From sequence record SRR31156797_2200: a stretch of DNA of 64,000 nucleotides, one strand, 5' to 3'. The translations under genes were made by a program, and so were the position numbers. Below the pieces are notes generated by a model. That model was not told where the DNA came from, ran no database searches, and saw nothing but the letters and a program-made list of their open reading frames with translations. Of this stretch, positions 53,143 to 62,369 are shown in pieces; the stretch's first letter is position 1; every line of letters starts with the position of its first letter.

Positions 53143-53321
53143 CGGCGGAAGTGACCTTAGGTGGTGTCGATACTGACGTACTGTCATCGAAAACCATGGA
53201 ATGTAAAAATATCAAAGGCTTATACTTTGTGGGCGAAGTGATGGATGTCACTGGCTGGTTAGGTGGTTACAATTTCCAATGGGCATGGTCGAGCGGTTAT
53301 GTTGCAGGGCAGAACGTTTAA
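53142..53321 (+). pseudogene. yhiN: Host yhiN 3' remnant (last 59 codons)
   Basis: TAEVTLGGVDT...GEVMDVTGWLGGYNFQWAWSSG; joins the 5' part in frame to give a 395-aa protein. Confidence 0.92.
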
Positions 53322-53325
53322 TTAA

Positions 53326-53404
53326 TGTATATAGACAATAAAGTTTGTATTTAATGTTTTAGGTTTGTACTTTATTTTGATTATTTCCAATAAAGTTTGT
53401 ATTT
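53326..53404 (+). repeat. tnsA-proximal transposon end with TnsB binding sites
   Basis: TGT-N5-GACAATAAAGT as in the Tn7 right end; CAATAAAGTTTGTATTT at 53336 and 53388, plus a degenerate copy near 53356. Confidence 0.85.
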
Positions 53405-53450
53405 TATGAAAGGTAAACTACACTTTCTAGAACAAATTTAAGGGAATTAC

Positions 53451-54287
53451 ATGGGCAGAGGCAGAAAACTTCAAACAGAGGAAGACTTTAAGAGAGCTCT
53501 AAAAAATGGTTATGGTTTAGGTAGTTATAAAGACTATTTACCTTGGTACAGAGCTCAGGATGTAAAATCTGATGGGAATCGTTCAAAGATTTTTGGCTTT
53601 AAAACAAGTAGAAACCATCACACCCTGTCTTCGATAGAAAGCGAATTTTTTTATATCGCTGATTTTAGTGGTTCTGTCTTGGATATCCGTGAGCAGTTCC
53701 CCTTACTCCCTCTAACTTTATCCCAAAGGATTGCTTCCACTATTTGTGTGAAGCATCCCATTCATCCTGAAAGTAAGTCCCCTATTATTATGACGACAGA
53801 TTTTTTGCTGACGTTGTACAAACCTCAAAATGCCGAACCTGTTTATCAGGCTGTAGCCATTAAGCCACCTGGCGAGCTCGATAAACGTACTGCTGAAAAG
53901 TTAGACATAGAGCGAATTTGGTGGGAGTTATTGGGTGTTGAATTCAAACTTTTTACTGGTAATGAACTCACTAGAAACCAGAGTAAAAACATAAAATGGG
54001 CCACTGCCCCTTTCCGTTCAAAGCCTGATAGCCTAGAGCAGAGCATTCATACCAATACGCTACTTGGGATGCTAAGTACAGGACGATTTTTAATCACCGA
54101 TTTATGTGATGAGATAAGCCAAACGTTAAAGATATCTAAAGAAAGTGCTCTTCTTGAAATAAAGTTATTAATCTCTTTAAAACTGATTTTAGTAGATATG
54201 TCTTATCTAATTGCTGAATCCGGAATATTAATTATTCAAGATGTAGCATTAACATCATATGGACGGACTGCGAATGGTTCTAACTAA
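53451..54287 (+). CDS. tnsA: TnsA endonuclease
   Basis: GYGLG..DYLPW, HHTLSSIE, DIREQFPL, MTTDFL and EKLDIERIWW motifs. Confidence 0.93.
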   Translation: MGRGRKLQTEEDFKRALKNGYGLGSYKDYLPWYRAQDVKSDGNRSKIFGFKTSRNHHTLSSIESEFFYIADFSGSVLDIREQFPLLPLTLSQRIASTICVKHPIHPESKSPIIMTTDFLLTLYKPQNAEPVYQAVAIKPPGELDKRTAEKLDIERIWWELLGVEFKLFTGNELTRNQSKNIKWATAPFRSKPDSLEQSIHTNTLLGMLSTGRFLITDLCDEISQTLKISKESALLEIKLLISLKLILVDMSYLIAESGILIIQDVALTSYGRTANGSN

Positions 54288-56385
54288 AAATAGTGTTTGG
54301 AAAATTACTAGACTCGAAGGTGTTGAAAATGGTGTGTATCGAGTCTTGGAAATATTTAAAGACCTTGATGCCGTTGTACTCTTCCCGTTAGAGCATACTA
54401 GACCAATTAAGCCCCTCCTAACAAAACTTAGCTCCTTTCATCGGACCATTAAACTAGGCACAACAACTAAAGAAGATTTTGCCTTACCTATATATATGCA
54501 GGTAGATGAGCTTGATATTCCACATAAACAAAAAGCCAAAAGAGACAAAAACTTACAAATAATAGAACGTATCATTAAAGACAAGGACTTTTTGTTTGAG
54601 TATTGCATATCCAAACGCTCAGACTTGCTTGTAAAATATGCTCAAAATATAAGCGAACACAGAAATACAGTCGACAGGCTGCTGCAGCTATATTGGAAGT
54701 ATGGACAAGATAAAAATGCCTTATTGCCTGCATATGCAAATAGTGGGGGCGCAGGAAAGGAAAGGAAAGCAACGGTTCCTTTAGGTGCCCCTAAACGTTC
54801 TAGAACACTTGCAGTAGTTCGGTCCAGAAAATATATCCTAACTGAAAAAGACAAAGAAAAGATAAAAAAATCACTTAAAAAGCACTACCTTAAGGAAGGT
54901 GGGGACAGCCTTGTGGAAACCTATAAAAAGTTCTTGCGTAAGTATTTTGCTAGCGAAGTAAAAATTGCGGAAGCTCTTGAACAATTTCCACATGCGCCAT
55001 CTTTGCGACAATTCGCTTATTGGAAGTCTAAGTTGATAAGTAAAGATGTTGAGATACAAGCTAGGACATCAGTTCGAGATTATTTACTTAATAAACGCGG
55101 TACAACTGGTAGTGCGACAGAAAGATCTCCTATACCAGGTGACGTATTTGAAATAGATGCTACCGTTGCAGATGTGCATATAGTCTCTACTTTCTCAAAC
55201 CAACGAGTATTGGGTAGACCTACGATATATTCTATTGTCGATAGAGCAACTCGCATGATTGTAGGTTTTCATGTTTCTCTTTATTTCGCCTCTTGGAGGG
55301 CTGCTAGACAAGCCTTAGTAAATTGTTTTTTACCGAAACAAGAATATTGCTCTCAATATGGTATTCATATCAGTGAGGCCGAATGGCCTTGCCATCATAT
55401 TCCGGAGGAGCTTGTGTGTGATAATGGTGAGATGATAGGCCTTCAACCTGAAGAACATTTAGTACCGTTTACCCAATTAAGTTTTGCCCCTCCATACCGT
55501 CCAGATCGTAAAAGCTTCGTAGAGCGTCGATTTGATATTTTAAATAAGAAGGCCATTCACCCCTTATTAGGTGCTACAAGGCGAGGTAAGGTCGTACGAG
55601 GAGAAATTGATCCTCGCAAATTAGCTATTTATACGCTTCATGAAGTAACACAGTTATTGATCGAAGCTGTTTTAGAACATAACAGAGATATTCTAAAACG
55701 ACTTGCGTTTGAAACCCCATTGCTTATAGAAAAAGATCTGGCACCTACCCCAATCAATTGCTGGAAAGTAAATGTGGAGTTGCAAAGACACAGTCTAATT
55801 GAAGCTAATTACGATGACGTGATTTCAAGGCTACTCCCTCCAGAAATGGTTAGCATGACTGGTGATGGTATTTTATACAATGGTATGTATTTCACCAATA
55901 AACGTATCATAGAGGATGATCTGGCTTCGATTGCTAGAGATAAAGGATGGTGGCAACTTGAGGCTAGGATTGATGAAAATAGTTCAAACTACATATATGT
56001 GAGGTTTAATAGTCGAGAGCCTTTCGTTAAATGCAATTTGTCTCCCAAAAGTCGTATGTTTAGAGATTTACCTATCGTTGAATCCGATTTTGTTTTGGAC
56101 TGGACAGACGAGAAAAGCGAAAAGATGATTGTTACTGCTGAATCTATAGATATGCAACACCGAACTGATGCAATAACGAAGCGAGCTAAGAACAGAGCAA
56201 AAGATAACCCTACTCCTCGAAAAGATAGATCTAAGGGGATTCAACAAAATAGAAAAGAAGAGCTTGAATTAATGAACGGAAAAGATACCACTCAAGTGAG
56301 TAAATCGGTAAAGGATCATGACATAGTCGAGAATAATAATGTCGTAACTTTGCCAAGGCGTAATAAAAGAGCTCAGGATGTGTAA
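54274..56385 (+). CDS. tnsB: TnsB DDE transposase
   Basis: FEIDATVAD, GRPTIY, CDNGE and KSFVERRF; start at 54274 or 54259. Confidence 0.93.
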   Translation: MVLTKNSVWKITRLEGVENGVYRVLEIFKDLDAVVLFPLEHTRPIKPLLTKLSSFHRTIKLGTTTKEDFALPIYMQVDELDIPHKQKAKRDKNLQIIERIIKDKDFLFEYCISKRSDLLVKYAQNISEHRNTVDRLLQLYWKYGQDKNALLPAYANSGGAGKERKATVPLGAPKRSRTLAVVRSRKYILTEKDKEKIKKSLKKHYLKEGGDSLVETYKKFLRKYFASEVKIAEALEQFPHAPSLRQFAYWKSKLISKDVEIQARTSVRDYLLNKRGTTGSATERSPIPGDVFEIDATVADVHIVSTFSNQRVLGRPTIYSIVDRATRMIVGFHVSLYFASWRAARQALVNCFLPKQEYCSQYGIHISEAEWPCHHIPEELVCDNGEMIGLQPEEHLVPFTQLSFAPPYRPDRKSFVERRFDILNKKAIHPLLGATRRGKVVRGEIDPRKLAIYTLHEVTQLLIEAVLEHNRDILKRLAFETPLLIEKDLAPTPINCWKVNVELQRHSLIEANYDDVISRLLPPEMVSMTGDGILYNGMYFTNKRIIEDDLASIARDKGWWQLEARIDENSSNYIYVRFNSREPFVKCNLSPKSRMFRDLPIVESDFVLDWTDEKSEKMIVTAESIDMQHRTDAITKRAKNRAKDNPTPRKDRSKGIQQNRKEELELMNGKDTTQVSKSVKDHDIVENNNVVTLPRRNKRAQDV

Positions 56386-57825
56386 ATGAGAAATAGAATA
56401 CAAGCAGTATACAGAGAAGCAATTCTACCTGAGCATCAAGGAAACCCTCTTATTGAGGCTCTGCCTCCAAAAGTTAAAGATGAAATTCTTATCGATGCTT
56501 TTACTTATTATCCTGACTTAGACGAGCATATTCGGATGCACCAAGATCCGCTAGTTCGTGAGGAATATTTAAGCCGATTAAAAACTTTAAGACAGCCACT
56601 TAGTGATTATATTCGGTGTTTTCGTCTCATTGAGCGAGCTATTAAGGATGGCTATTCCAGTAAGAACCCTTTAAGTCCATCAACCGTTCAATATGTGCAT
56701 TATCTTATGGACGATAGACCACAAACCCAACCGTATTCAGGATTTTTTGAACCTAAAGCCGATACCATAACCCTTATAGGCGAAAGCGGTACTGGTAAAA
56801 CAAGTATGTTGGAGCAAGTTCTTAATTATTTTCCTTCCGTTATAGAACATACGCAATATCGTGGACAGAGTTTAGAAGTTAGTCAGCAAGTTGTGTGGAT
56901 TAAGGTTGATTGTCCTGATAAATCTAGTGTCAGAGATCTATGTGAAGAAATATTACTCAGATTAGATCTAGCTACTGGAGTGGAACAAACTAAGCCGGCT
57001 GGAACGATTGGTTCTCTTATGAGACAAATCGAACAGAGGATTAAAATTAATTACTTAGGCATTCTAGTTATAGATGAAATGCAACGCTTAGAGTTAAAAA
57101 GAACTAGGGGCGAAAATAATCTTCTGAATTTTTTACATAGTTTAGTAAATAAGCTTGGTATTCCTTTACTTTTCTGTGCGAACCCACCTTTTGATGAAAC
57201 ACTATCAAAAAAACTGAAAGCAGCTAGGAGAGCTGAAAGTGGTGGCTATTGGAAGATGCATCCTTTACGTCGGAATAGTAAAGATTGGGAAGCATTTATC
57301 TGTGAACTTTGGGATCTTCAATGGACAAACACAAAAACACCTTTGACAAAGGAACTGATGTCAAAAATGTACGAGCTTTCACTCGGCAATCTTGATATGT
57401 GCTGTCGTATATATCGGGAGGCACAAAGGGCCGTTATAGGAAGTGGAGACGAATGTATAAATGCCACGGTTCTAGAAAACGCGTATTACTACGCTTGTGC
57501 GTTATCAAATGAAACTGCTGAAGTTAATGATCTCCGTGATCAATTAGGAATTCATCTTCCTCGTCGCAACAAATCAGTTGCTACAAAAGACGAAGATAAC
57601 ACGAAGCCCAAGACTACGCCAAAGCAAAAGCCAGCGATTCTCGGAGATATAACCAGAGCTCAGCATCCTGAGTTTGAAATGTTAATCAGAGACGTGTTAG
57701 GTATGGTAAATCTACCGATAAAATCTGCTGATTTATTCCAGCAACTATCGGAATCTGAAGAGACGTATAACTCTACTAACCTTCCAGGTATTTTGTACGA
57801 AAATCCTTTAGAAGATCTGCAGTAG
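56386..57825 (+). CDS. tnsC: TnsC AAA+ regulator
   Basis: GNPLIEALP, Walker A GESGTGKT, Walker B LVIDEMQ. Confidence 0.93.
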   Translation: MRNRIQAVYREAILPEHQGNPLIEALPPKVKDEILIDAFTYYPDLDEHIRMHQDPLVREEYLSRLKTLRQPLSDYIRCFRLIERAIKDGYSSKNPLSPSTVQYVHYLMDDRPQTQPYSGFFEPKADTITLIGESGTGKTSMLEQVLNYFPSVIEHTQYRGQSLEVSQQVVWIKVDCPDKSSVRDLCEEILLRLDLATGVEQTKPAGTIGSLMRQIEQRIKINYLGILVIDEMQRLELKRTRGENNLLNFLHSLVNKLGIPLLFCANPPFDETLSKKLKAARRAESGGYWKMHPLRRNSKDWEAFICELWDLQWTNTKTPLTKELMSKMYELSLGNLDMCCRIYREAQRAVIGSGDECINATVLENAYYYACALSNETAEVNDLRDQLGIHLPRRNKSVATKDEDNTKPKTTPKQKPAILGDITRAQHPEFEMLIRDVLGMVNLPIKSADLFQQLSESEETYNSTNLPGILYENPLEDLQ

Positions 57826-57852
57826 GAATTTTTTCAAAGTAAGAGGGCGGAT

Positions 57853-59445
57853 ATGCAGGTACCAAAAGCACAACCCGATGAAACCCTTTTTAGCCGTATT
57901 GTCCGCTATATCTCTTTATCTGGATTGCAGAAAGAGCGGTGTTTAAATACCTTAGTTGGTAATAGACGAGCAGTGATCCATCCTTACCTTACAGCAGATC
58001 TTGATTTGATTAGTAGATTCACAAATGAATCTGCTAATTATCTATGCAGGGAGCAAACGCTAAGACCTTTGTTTTCTCACTTTCTACCGAAATACAGAGA
58101 AATCATTAATGATTGTTCTATTGGTACTAATGAGCTTGTAAGGGCTTGTCAATTGTCCACATTTAGAGAACATGAACCATTAACATTAAAGTATTGCCCT
58201 GTATGTGCTGAAGAAGATATTTATAACGTAGGCGTGGCTTATTGGCATTGTTCTCATCAAATTCCTGGTGTGGATGCTTGCTCTGAACACGGTGTTTGGT
58301 TGATACATCAAGAGTTGCACGAAAGAGAACATTTTAGATCTTATCTATTCCCGCCGACATGTGATGTAAAAGTGCAGTGTAGCGACTTAGCTTGGTCATT
58401 TGCTCAATACGCCGAAAGAAAATTTCGTTCGATCCAAGACAATGCATATCTTCAGTTTAAGCCAAGCGGGTATAAAAATCATTTATCTGATAAAGGGTTT
58501 ACAACGTTTACCGGTAGAATTAAACGTATAGAATTGATGGCAGCACTCTATTCTATCTCTGAAAAAATACTCTTACCTGATAACCCACTGCGTATCACTT
58601 CAGCACAAGACTTGAAATACATGTCGTCTTTGATTGATGGTACTTATCAAGTACACCCATTCAAACACTTGTTACTTGAATTTTTACTTACTCAGACTCA
58701 GTTATCTGAAAATCCTGATGAGCATGTTTCTACATCTAGGTCCAAGGACGATGATGTTAAAGAGCTCGAAACTCGCTGCTGTGATTTGCTGCTTAATGGA
58801 TACTCGATGGCACAGGTAGGGCGTGATATAGGTAAAAGTCGATGCTATGTTAAGGCGGTTGCACTCAGACATCATATCCCGGTAAACCTGAAGCCTTATA
58901 AAATAACTGATAGCTTAAAAGATAAAGTATCTAGACTCGCATATAAAGGGGTGCATCGCTCTACTATTGCTCTGCAACTTGGTATTTCTTCAGGTAGTGT
59001 AGAGGCGATTATCTCCTCTATTGAGGGCTTGGTTGAATGGCGAAAAAAATGCAAAGCGGACTCAAAAAGAAGGCGTTATCAGTGTCAAATTTTACGATAT
59101 TTTGAGAGTCACCCTAAGGGCATACGGAAAAATGCTAAAGAAGAATGTGAGGCAGCCTTTTTCTGGTTGTATTTGCATAATCCAGAGTGGTTGGAACAAC
59201 ACCTTCCTGTACCTCAAAAAACACAGCATGTAGACAGGGTTGATTGGGAAAAGAGAGATAATGAACTCTCTAAAAAAGTCTGTTCAATCATAGAGTCTTG
59301 CGATCCACCGATCTGCAGGACAAAACTGGACAAGATACTGGGAGCACATGGTTGGCTGACATCAAAGCTGTTCAACCTACCTAAGACTAAGGAAGCCTTA
59401 CAGCAGTATAAGCTATTCCCCAGCGACAAAAACTCACCTAATTAA
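57853..59445 (+). CDS. tnsD: TniQ/TnsD target selector (530 aa)
   Basis: PDETLFS, YCPVC..WHCSHQIPGVDACSEH zinc motif, C-terminal WLYLHNPEWL and RVDWEKRD. Confidence 0.88.
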   Translation: MQVPKAQPDETLFSRIVRYISLSGLQKERCLNTLVGNRRAVIHPYLTADLDLISRFTNESANYLCREQTLRPLFSHFLPKYREIINDCSIGTNELVRACQLSTFREHEPLTLKYCPVCAEEDIYNVGVAYWHCSHQIPGVDACSEHGVWLIHQELHEREHFRSYLFPPTCDVKVQCSDLAWSFAQYAERKFRSIQDNAYLQFKPSGYKNHLSDKGFTTFTGRIKRIELMAALYSISEKILLPDNPLRITSAQDLKYMSSLIDGTYQVHPFKHLLLEFLLTQTQLSENPDEHVSTSRSKDDDVKELETRCCDLLLNGYSMAQVGRDIGKSRCYVKAVALRHHIPVNLKPYKITDSLKDKVSRLAYKGVHRSTIALQLGISSGSVEAIISSIEGLVEWRKKCKADSKRRRYQCQILRYFESHPKGIRKNAKEECEAAFFWLYLHNPEWLEQHLPVPQKTQHVDRVDWEKRDNELSKKVCSIIESCDPPICRTKLDKILGAHGWLTSKLFNLPKTKEALQQYKLFPSDKNSPN

Positions 59446-59559
59446 ATTCATATCCATCTAGTTGTAAGAGTGGAATAAAGTTCATATTAAACAGCCAAGT
59501 AACCCTGATCGAACCGTTTAAGATTAAACGAGACCAAAAATAAAGATTCATACTAATGG

Positions 59560-59604
59560 CTACTACCAAGTCACAGCTACTACCAAGTCCACTACTACCA
59601 AGTC
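59560..59604 (+). repeat. Three direct repeats of CTACTACCAAGTC
   Basis: Exact 13-mers at 59560, 59577 and 59592. Confidence 0.9.
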
Positions 59605-59864
59605 CAAAGTAACTGATTTTTGGACAAAACTTACTTAGATTTTTTACTTAATTTAGTAAAACACGAATTACTTTACGTAGGAGAAACTCCTTTTTCTCTG
59701 CCAAATTTGGCAGTCCACTATGACGATCTTCCGTCGGACTCTGGGTTGATTAGTACACTGAGGTATTCTCGATTACTTAGAAAATTCAACCCGAGGTAGA
59801 TCAGACAAAGAAGTAGCAAACTTACACATATAACGTGTCTTTCTTCATTGAGTTAATAGCCTTT

Positions 59865-59891
59865 TATGTAATCCAATAATTGGATTACATA
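59865..59891. promoter_or_regulatory. Perfect 13-bp inverted repeat, candidate operator
   Basis: TATGTAATCCAAT-A-ATTGGATTACATA, about 100 bp upstream of the 59993 gene. Confidence 0.55.
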
Positions 59892-59992
59892 CCTACACTT
59901 TATGACAAAAAAGTCATTTTTCAGAAAGCATAATGTCAGTAGCAATAGTCCAAAATGTTAGTACTGAAAATCATAACTCTGAGGATAAAAAC

Positions 59993-60370
59993 ATGAACAC
60001 AATCAAAACTGCTCTTGTTGTTTCTATAATGGCACTGACAACTGTACCTGTATTCGCACAACCGTTGTACATCGGTGGTAATTACATCAGCCGCGAAGAC
60101 ATGAAAACTGTCTCTGTTGCTCCAACGTCAACGTCAGATGAAGCCTATCGATTAGCATTATCTGAACTGCATCATCTAAAAACGATGTCAGCACAAGAAC
60201 TAAATGATGAACTCCGTGTTCTAACTTTTAACGTGAATTCAAAAAGAACACATTTAGAGAATGCCGGTTTCGTAACAGTACAAGAGCGAATGAATGAAAA
60301 TGGTGAGCTGGAATACGTGGGTAAGGTTAATGTTAAAGTACATTATGTAGAGCGTGACAATAATCGATAG
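59993..60370 (+). CDS. Secreted small protein (DUF3316-like)
   Basis: Signal peptide ending VFA; FVTVQERMNENGELEYVGKVNV; ATG at 59993 after GAGG. Confidence 0.6.
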   Translation: MNTIKTALVVSIMALTTVPVFAQPLYIGGNYISREDMKTVSVAPTSTSDEAYRLALSELHHLKTMSAQELNDELRVLTFNVNSKRTHLENAGFVTVQERMNENGELEYVGKVNVKVHYVERDNNR

Positions 60371-60511
60371 CAATAAATATTTTGTTGTATTACTTAAAGC
60401 CAATAAGTAGAATCGCGTTTTAGTTTGCGGTAATTTAAATCGATTTTATTGGGACGTATATAGGATCGTATCGATTTACTTAATACTATCATTCAAAAAT
60501 AGATATAGAGT

Positions 60512-60907
60512 ATGCGCTTAAATTTCATTCCGACAACTTGGATCACTCTCTGGACATTAGCAGCTTTGCTTGTGTCTGGATTTGCATCAGGTTCAACAGT
60601 GATGAACAGCGCAAATTCGCACGACTTACAACAAATGGTTTCCTTAATGAGTTGTCAGGCACAGCAGATGTCATCTCATCATCAAACTATTGAGGAAAAA
60701 GACACTGTAAGCACTAAAGGGCACTGTGAAGTCGTCTCTGATACAGCCCAAAGCTGCTGTGACACTACCTGCGTAGCCTCTGTGGCGACTCTGGCCACAC
60801 CTCATGTTTTAATCACTGTAAGTACCTCACTCGCTCTGGTCACATCACCAATCTCTGGTGATGTTATCCGTAAGACGCAAAGCCTCTATCGACCTCCGAT
60901 CGCTTAA
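60512..60907 (+). CDS. Cys/His/Met-rich putative metal-binding protein
   Basis: HC..SCCDTTC and C-terminal LYRPPIA, typical of small genes upstream of metal efflux operons. Confidence 0.6.
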   Translation: MRLNFIPTTWITLWTLAALLVSGFASGSTVMNSANSHDLQQMVSLMSCQAQQMSSHHQTIEEKDTVSTKGHCEVVSDTAQSCCDTTCVASVATLATPHVLITVSTSLALVTSPISGDVIRKTQSLYRPPIA

Positions 60908-60989
60908 TTCCATCTCAAATATTTAGGTTCCGTAAATTCATACGGAAAAGCTCTCGTGCGCGTCACGCGCTCTGTGATGGATTAAAAAA

Positions 60990-62354
60990 GTGAAATTTAA
61001 ACAATGTCTTTTGGCGCTGTCTATCAGCGCTGCGGCATGGACGAGTGCGTCTGTATACGCTGGTGAGCAAAAGCCAGGTAACGCAGAGTCTATGGCCGCC
61101 AATCAGCTGTCTCAAATTATCGCGACAGCACTGACGAATGACGATTCTCGCCGTCAATTTTATGCACAGGCACGGGCCATGCGAGCAACAGGGAAAGCCA
61201 GTTCTACCCAGCAAGATCCAAAGCTCAAATTTGGGGTATCAGGCCTGCCGGTAGACAGTTTCGCATTCGATGAAGATGCGATGACCAATATCTCTGCTGG
61301 TATCTCACAGCAATTTGGCCGTGGGGATACGCTTGAGTTAAACAGCGTTAAAGCCAACCAGCAAGCCAGTGGAATCGAATTAAAAGTGACCGCCAGAGAG
61401 CTGGAAGTCATCAATGCGATCACAAAAGTTTGGCTGGAATTGGGTTATCAGCAGGTAGCACATAAGATTCTGTTAGAAAATAAACAACTGATGGAAGAGC
61501 TGGAAGCTTTCATTCAAACCAACTACTCCATCGGTAAAAGTGAAGCTCAGGATCTGATTAACGCCCAGCTTCAGGTCACTAAGCTTGATGAAAAACTTCA
61601 GGCCAATGCACAGACACAACAAAGACTGACGGCTCAATTATCCGAGTGGCTTGGATCTGATTGGTTACTCAGTGCAAATCAGTTACAGGCTTCAAATACA
61701 CTTGACTGGTCAGTTTTGCAGGCGTTGGAAAACACCGCGAGTAATGGCAACTACTACTCGCGACTTAACCAATACCCAACTGTTCGTATGGTTGATGCTT
61801 CTATTGAAGCGAGCCGAACTCAGGTCGATATTGCAAAAGAGTCCTACTCTCCACAATTTGGTGTGGAAATGGCATATGGCTATCGTCAGGCCAACAACAT
61901 GAAAGGTGAACCGGCATCGGATGTAGTCAGCGCCTTCATCACTATGGACATTCCTTTATTCACCGGAAACCGTCAGGACCAAAACTTAGCCGCGGCTCAA
62001 TATCAGGTAGGCGCTGCTCAATCTCAAAAAGATACCTTACTCAAACAGCTCAATGCGAAGGTCAACTCGTTATTTGTTGATCAAAACAACCTGTCACAAC
62101 GCATTGAACGTTTTGAGTCAACACTGATTCCCCAGGCTATTTCTCAGGTGAAAGCCACTGAACGCGGTTATCAGAACAACACCGCACAATTCAATGATGT
62201 GATCCTCGCCACCCGAGACGAACTCGCTCTAAAACTCGAATATCAACGCCTTATCACCGATTTAAATCTGACGAATAACAATCTGTCAGCGCTACTCAAT
62301 AGCTACCAATATCAGGTAGATACGCCACAACTCGCTACATCGTCAGAGCAGTAA
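60990..62354 (+). CDS. TolC/CusC-family outer membrane factor
   Basis: Signal peptide; DPKLKFG, MDIPLF and coiled-coil repeats; upstream of the adaptor and RND genes. Confidence 0.85.
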   Translation: MKFKQCLLALSISAAAWTSASVYAGEQKPGNAESMAANQLSQIIATALTNDDSRRQFYAQARAMRATGKASSTQQDPKLKFGVSGLPVDSFAFDEDAMTNISAGISQQFGRGDTLELNSVKANQQASGIELKVTARELEVINAITKVWLELGYQQVAHKILLENKQLMEELEAFIQTNYSIGKSEAQDLINAQLQVTKLDEKLQANAQTQQRLTAQLSEWLGSDWLLSANQLQASNTLDWSVLQALENTASNGNYYSRLNQYPTVRMVDASIEASRTQVDIAKESYSPQFGVEMAYGYRQANNMKGEPASDVVSAFITMDIPLFTGNRQDQNLAAAQYQVGAAQSQKDTLLKQLNAKVNSLFVDQNNLSQRIERFESTLIPQAISQVKATERGYQNNTAQFNDVILATRDELALKLEYQRLITDLNLTNNNLSALLNSYQYQVDTPQLATSSEQ

Positions 62355-62369
62355 TAACGAGGTCAACTA

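Noticed and set aside
53124-53321. 65-aa ORF starting MGCVRN as an independent gene
   Set aside because: The first six codons come from the island's right inverted repeat and the rest is the orphaned yhiN C-terminus; there is no clear SD.
59560-59604. Mini CRISPR array for a CAST
   Set aside because: Repeats are only 13 bp with 2-4 bp gaps, there are no spacers, and no cas genes are present in the window.
59556-59612. 18-aa ORF MATTKSQLLPSPLLPSPK
   Set aside because: No SD; it is a by-product of the repeat, whose first copy is read in a different frame.
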